DNA from: Trueperaceae bacterium
GTDB lineage: Bacteria > Deinococcota > Deinococci > Deinococcales > Trueperaceae
Length of the DNA: 64,000 nucleotides
Direction of reading: 5' to 3'
Assembly (NCBI GenBank): GCA_965214405.1
Contig: OZ243956.1
Location: forward strand, 2,112,001-2,176,000
Shown: piece after piece, positions 59,958 to 64,000 of the stretch
How positions within the stretch are numbered: position 1 is the first letter of the stretch
How the letters are laid out: each line of letters starts with the position of its first letter
The notes under the pieces: model-generated
The model's input: only the letters and a program-made list of their open reading frames with translations
Database searches by the model: none
Told to the model about the DNA's origin: nothing
Translations under genes and position numbers: made by a program

Positions 59958-60788
59958 ATGACCCAGGCTACCTCCCCCACCCGTCCGCAAGATTTAGGCG
60001 AGATTCAGCTCGAGGTCAACAATATCGAGGTGGTCTACCACGACATCGTCCAGGTGCTGCGCGGCGTGAGTCTGGCGGTTCCCAGGGGAAAAATCGTCGC
60101 GCTCTTGGGCACCAACGGCGCGGGCAAGACGACCACCTTACGGGCCATCTCGGGCCTGCTCAAACCCGAAAACGGCGCGGTGCGCGAGGGCTACGTCCGC
60201 TTTAACGGCGAGACGATTCACGACAAACCGGGCCAAACCATCGTCAAGGCGGGCATCGTGCAGGTGCCCGAGGGGCGGCGCGTCTTCAAGCACCTCACCG
60301 TCGAGGAAAACCTCCGCGTCGGTTTTATTACGCAGCGGGGAAGCGTCAAGGCGAGCTTGGCGCATATTTACGACATTTTTCCGCGCTTGGCCGACTTGCG
60401 GACGCGTCAGGCGGGCTACACGAGCGGGGGCGAACAGCAGATGATCGCCATCGGGCGCGCGCTCATGGCGCGGCCCAAACTTTTGTTATTGGATGAACCC
60501 AGCCTCGGCTTAGCGCCCCTTTTGGTCCGCGACATTTTCGAGCGGGTGAGGGCGGTGAACGAAGAGGGCACGACGATTTTGGTAGTGGAGCAAAACGCCT
60601 CTATCGCGCTCGGCGTGGCCGACTACGGTTACGTGATGGAGGGCGGGCGCGTCGTTTTAGAAGGCCCCGCCCGCGACCTCAGCACCAACCCGGACGTCAA
60701 AGAGTTCTATATGGGCAAGTCCGAGGGTGGGGAGCGCAAGTCGTTCAAAAATATCAAGTCGTACAAAAGGCGCAAACGCTGGATGTAA
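59958..60788 (+). CDS. livF: LivF-like ABC ATP-binding protein
   Basis: GTNGAGKTT, VPEGRRVF, SGGEQQM, LLDEPSLGLAP. Confidence 0.9.
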   Translation: MTQATSPTRPQDLGEIQLEVNNIEVVYHDIVQVLRGVSLAVPRGKIVALLGTNGAGKTTTLRAISGLLKPENGAVREGYVRFNGETIHDKPGQTIVKAGIVQVPEGRRVFKHLTVEENLRVGFITQRGSVKASLAHIYDIFPRLADLRTRQAGYTSGGEQQMIAIGRALMARPKLLLLDEPSLGLAPLLVRDIFERVRAVNEEGTTILVVEQNASIALGVADYGYVMEGGRVVLEGPARDLSTNPDVKEFYMGKSEGGERKSFKNIKSYKRRKRWM

Positions 60789-60810
60789 AGTTATGGCAAC
60801 AGAGACCATG

Positions 60811-61011
60811 TCAGTCTCGAGGATCCGTCGCTGTGTGCGCCGCACTGTCTATGGGCAAACGCTTGGCGAGCTCTAACTGACACTCCACATAGTCGTTGAT
60901 ATCTTCCGGCGTCGCGGTGCCCGCGATGATGCTGCATTCGTAGCGGTACACCTTTTGGAGCAGGGTGCCGTTGGAGGGGCGCGGAAAGGCGGCGTAAGGT
61001 TCTCTGAACAT
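60811..61011 (-). CDS. Small hypothetical protein
   Basis: 66 aa; -10 TACACT 7 nt before ATG. Confidence 0.55.
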   Translation of the reverse strand: MFREPYAAFPRPSNGTLLQKVYRYECSIIAGTATPEDINDYVECQLELAKRLPIDSAAHTATDPRD

Positions 61012-61154
61012 GTTTTTTAGTGTAGCAAGCCTCCTCTTACAAAACTTTCACAGCTCCTTTATCTTCAAAAAGTACGTGTGGGACATTTCGTATGAGTTAT
61101 AAAGGGTGCGCTCGAGAGCGAGAAACGCAAGGCTCACCGAATTCTTACTCAGGG

Positions 61155-62315
61155 CTAAAACCGCTCATCAACAACTAAATCCCCCTCAACCTTCTCTTCC
61201 ACCCGAATCTCGTTCATCCCTACGCCCAAAGCGCTGCGAATTCGTTTGGCAAGCTCTTGTGTGTTGATTGCGGGGTCACCCTCAACGCGCAAGACGGCGC
61301 GGTCGGTGCCGCCCTCGCCGCGTTGGAGCACGAGCTGGTAGTGGCGGAAATTGAGCCCAGGGGTGCCCGCCAGCAAAAAGAGGAGTTCTTTAGGATAAAC
61401 CTTGACGCCCTTGACCTTGACCATCGCGTCGGTGCGGCCAAACACGCCGCGCGGCAGCGTCAGAAGGCCACCCTCGGTACTTTTGAGCGTCAAATCGCCC
61501 GTGCGAAAGCGCAGGACGGGCATCCCTTCGCGGGTGAGGCTGGTCACGACCAGTTCGCCCTTTTCGCCGCCCTTTACAGGTTGAAGCGTGGTGGGCTCGA
61601 GCACCTCCAATACGCACGCCGCCTCCCACACGTGCAGCCCGTCCTTGTCAAAAGTTTCCGCCGCCAGCACGCCCGTTTCGCTGAGGCCGTAGGCGTCGAA
61701 AGCTTGACACTGGAGGAGTTGCTCGAGCCCTTCCCGGTAGCCCGGCACCGCCGTAAAAGGCTCACCCGCCGCGACGAGCGTTTTAAACCGCCCCCCCGCC
61801 TCACCGATTTTGCGCGCGAAACTCGGGTTGCTCACCAAGACGTTAAAGCCGTAGGTGTCGGCGATGTCCGCGACGCTCGAAGCGTCGGCGGGTCCCAGGG
61901 CCAAAACCTTGGCCTCGAGCTTCGTCAGCCCCTCGTGAAAGAGCCAGCCGCCCGCGAGCATATGGTAGGAAAAAACGACCAGACACCTGTCTTCGCTGCT
62001 CAGACCGCAGCGCTTAAGCCCCTCCGCCACCGCGTCGGCCTGCCACTCGACATCGTTTCTCGTTAAATACTCCGGCATTCGCCCGATGTCGGGCGCGGGC
62101 GTCAGGTGCATCTGCACCACGTCGTCCGTTAAGAAACCGCCGTGAGGAGGATGGGCTTTGAAGTGTTTGGTGAGGTCGTCTCTGGTCACAAAGGGAAGCG
62201 CGCTGACATCGTCGGCGGTTACGGAGGATGGGTCAACGTTAGCCAGGCGGTCTTTGTGAAAGGGTAAACCTTTGGCCTTTAAGACGATGTGCTGCAAGCG
62301 TTTGGTGCGGTCCAT
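61155..62315 (-). CDS. Phenylacetate-CoA ligase family protein
   Basis: DAYGLSETG, GELVVTSL, PVLRFRTGDLT, GRTDAMVKVKGVKVYP. Confidence 0.85.
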   Translation of the reverse strand: MDRTKRLQHIVLKAKGLPFHKDRLANVDPSSVTADDVSALPFVTRDDLTKHFKAHPPHGGFLTDDVVQMHLTPAPDIGRMPEYLTRNDVEWQADAVAEGLKRCGLSSEDRCLVVFSYHMLAGGWLFHEGLTKLEAKVLALGPADASSVADIADTYGFNVLVSNPSFARKIGEAGGRFKTLVAAGEPFTAVPGYREGLEQLLQCQAFDAYGLSETGVLAAETFDKDGLHVWEAACVLEVLEPTTLQPVKGGEKGELVVTSLTREGMPVLRFRTGDLTLKSTEGGLLTLPRGVFGRTDAMVKVKGVKVYPKELLFLLAGTPGLNFRHYQLVLQRGEGGTDRAVLRVEGDPAINTQELAKRIRSALGVGMNEIRVEEKVEGDLVVDERF

Positions 62316-62528
62316 GCGTGCCTCCTCATTACATCTTGAATAGCTTAAGGATACGCGAGCTCAAAGCTATATTATTTGAGTTATACTGTTCATCAGACAC
62401 TGAGAGTGAGAGGTGAGATTCAAGGTAAACAGTTATGCGGCTCTGCCATGAGATTTATCTTGGTAGATTCTTGGCAAAAGGTTCATCTTGTATTGGTAAC
62501 CAAAGATAACTCATAGAGGATTAAGTAC

Positions 62529-63092
62529 ATGAAACGTTTCACTCTGTACTACCGTGGTGAACTAAAGTCGAATGGTGACGCGGAGCATAAACACAAAATT
62601 CGTAGTGTTTTTCATCCACAAGTGGAACGAGCGTGGAAGCAGTCAGAGTTGTTCCAAACTATTGAGAGTGAGAAAACTGAGCTGTCACACAAGGACTACC
62701 TCAATAAAGAAAGTGTAAAACGTAGTGAATTTCGTTTTATTCCCTTATTAACCGAGGGCACTGTAGAACTTGAGGTGACCCTCCTAAGACCAGGACCACT
62801 CGGATACATCATTTCGGGTGGAGGAGATATAGACAACCGTCTTAAGACCGTTTTTGATGCACTGCAAATTCCAGACGAAAATCAGGTAAAAAATTTGATG
62901 TCGTCTTATAAGCCTGACCCATTCCACTGTGTTATGCGAGACGACAAGATGGTTAGCCATGTAAGTGTCAAGACTGCACAGTTTCTCGAAGTTCCTGATA
63001 ATTCTAAAGAGGTTGTGCTTGTTATTAATGTGACGCACGATGGCCCTCTCGTGTACCTACATAAGGGAGCACATTTCATAGGAAATTCGTAA
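62529..63092 (+). CDS. Lower-GC orphan, possible RusA-like nuclease fold
   Basis: FTLYYRGELKSN, GDIDNRLKTVFDAL, DDKMV; AT-rich codons. Confidence 0.6.
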   Translation: MKRFTLYYRGELKSNGDAEHKHKIRSVFHPQVERAWKQSELFQTIESEKTELSHKDYLNKESVKRSEFRFIPLLTEGTVELEVTLLRPGPLGYIISGGGDIDNRLKTVFDALQIPDENQVKNLMSSYKPDPFHCVMRDDKMVSHVSVKTAQFLEVPDNSKEVVLVINVTHDGPLVYLHKGAHFIGNS

Positions 63093-63200
63093 CCTTTGAA
63101 GAAGTACGGCTGATTTGGATAACGCCATTGCTCATTTGCTAAACTGACCGCTGCTCGAGCCTTACCCCTCACCAAAAGTACCCAAAGTCAGGTGTAGATG

Positions 63201-63974
63201 TCAGGTGTAAATCCGGCTGCCCTCATCCCCTGAAAGCGCCCGCTCGAGCCCATCCCCCCGCCGCCCATCAGCAATCACCGCAAAGGCCGCGCCGCGCGAG
63301 AGCGCCTCCAACGCCGCCTCGACTTTGGGAATCATCCCGCCCGCGATGCGCCCGTCCCGAATGCGTTCTTCGATGTCCGCTGCGCTGAGTTCTGACAAAA
63401 GACTGGCGGGGTTTCGCGGATCGTCCAGCACCCCCGGCACGTCGGTCAGAAAGACGACGGGCGCTTCTAACGCTCCCGCCACCGCGCCCGCCACGCTGTC
63501 GGCGTTGACGTTGAGCACACCCTCACGGTTTTCGGCCTCAGCCAAGCAGGCAATGACGGGGGTAACGTTGACGCTCAGCAGCGCCTCTAAAAAGGTTCGG
63601 TTCACGCGGACCATCTCGCCGACGAAACCCAAGGCCGGGTCTAGGGGACGGGCGACGAGGAGGCTCGAGTCCCGCCCCGTCAATCCCACTGCAAAACTCG
63701 TGTGCTCACCTATCTCCTGCGCCAAGACTTTGCCGAGTCCCGTCAGGGCCGTCTCGACCACGGGCAAACTTTCGGCGCTGGTCACGCGCAGGCCGCGTAC
63801 AAAGGAACTCTCGAGTCCTGCCATTTTTAGAGCCTGGGCGATAAAAGGCCCGCCGCCATGCACCACCAAGGGCTCCTCTCCCTTCTGGGCAAGGGCGCGG
63901 AGGGCCGAGGCTACCTCTCTACGCACGTTGGGCTCGGTCATGGCGCTGCCGCCGTATTTGACAACCAAGGACAT
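63201..63974 (-). CDS. argB: Acetylglutamate kinase
   Basis: VVKYGGSAM, VHGGGP, GLRVT, NVNAD, GGMIPKV. Confidence 0.95.
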   Translation of the reverse strand: MSLVVKYGGSAMTEPNVRREVASALRALAQKGEEPLVVHGGGPFIAQALKMAGLESSFVRGLRVTSAESLPVVETALTGLGKVLAQEIGEHTSFAVGLTGRDSSLLVARPLDPALGFVGEMVRVNRTFLEALLSVNVTPVIACLAEAENREGVLNVNADSVAGAVAGALEAPVVFLTDVPGVLDDPRNPASLLSELSAADIEERIRDGRIAGGMIPKVEAALEALSRGAAFAVIADGRRGDGLERALSGDEGSRIYT

Positions 63975-64000
63975 AGGGTAATCTTGACATATGGACAGAC

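Overview
GC-rich bacterial chromosome segment, most likely Deinococcota of the Truepera type. This is an inference from gene content, many leaderless genes with a TANNNT box 5-8 nt before the start codon, and strong CTCGAG enrichment. The housekeeping backbone includes oligopeptidase A, acs, pgeF, mazG, trxB, an lptF/G/D-like operon, mscS, plsX, hom, thrC, a livK/livF pair, a paaK-like ligase and argB. Accessory content interrupts it: an IS200 element inside a Nudix gene, a DUF433/PIN toxin-antitoxin pair, an RHH plus membrane-protein pair, an IS982 remnant, a ~12 kb glycan biosynthesis cluster, an intact ISAs1 element with a 10-bp target duplication, a MITE-like element with matching ISAs1 ends, and two lower-GC orphan genes. 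The best candidate for an undescribed system is a four-gene operon at 37.8-43.7 kb. It encodes a helical hypothetical protein, two different BrxD/DUF2791-like P-loop ATPases (one with an N-terminal Tudor/SH3-like domain) and an Lhr-type helicase. It resembles the Shango and BREX BrxD-BrxHI modules but matches neither. No rRNA, tRNA or CRISPR array was recognised. All family assignments come from motifs read by eye, not from database searches.
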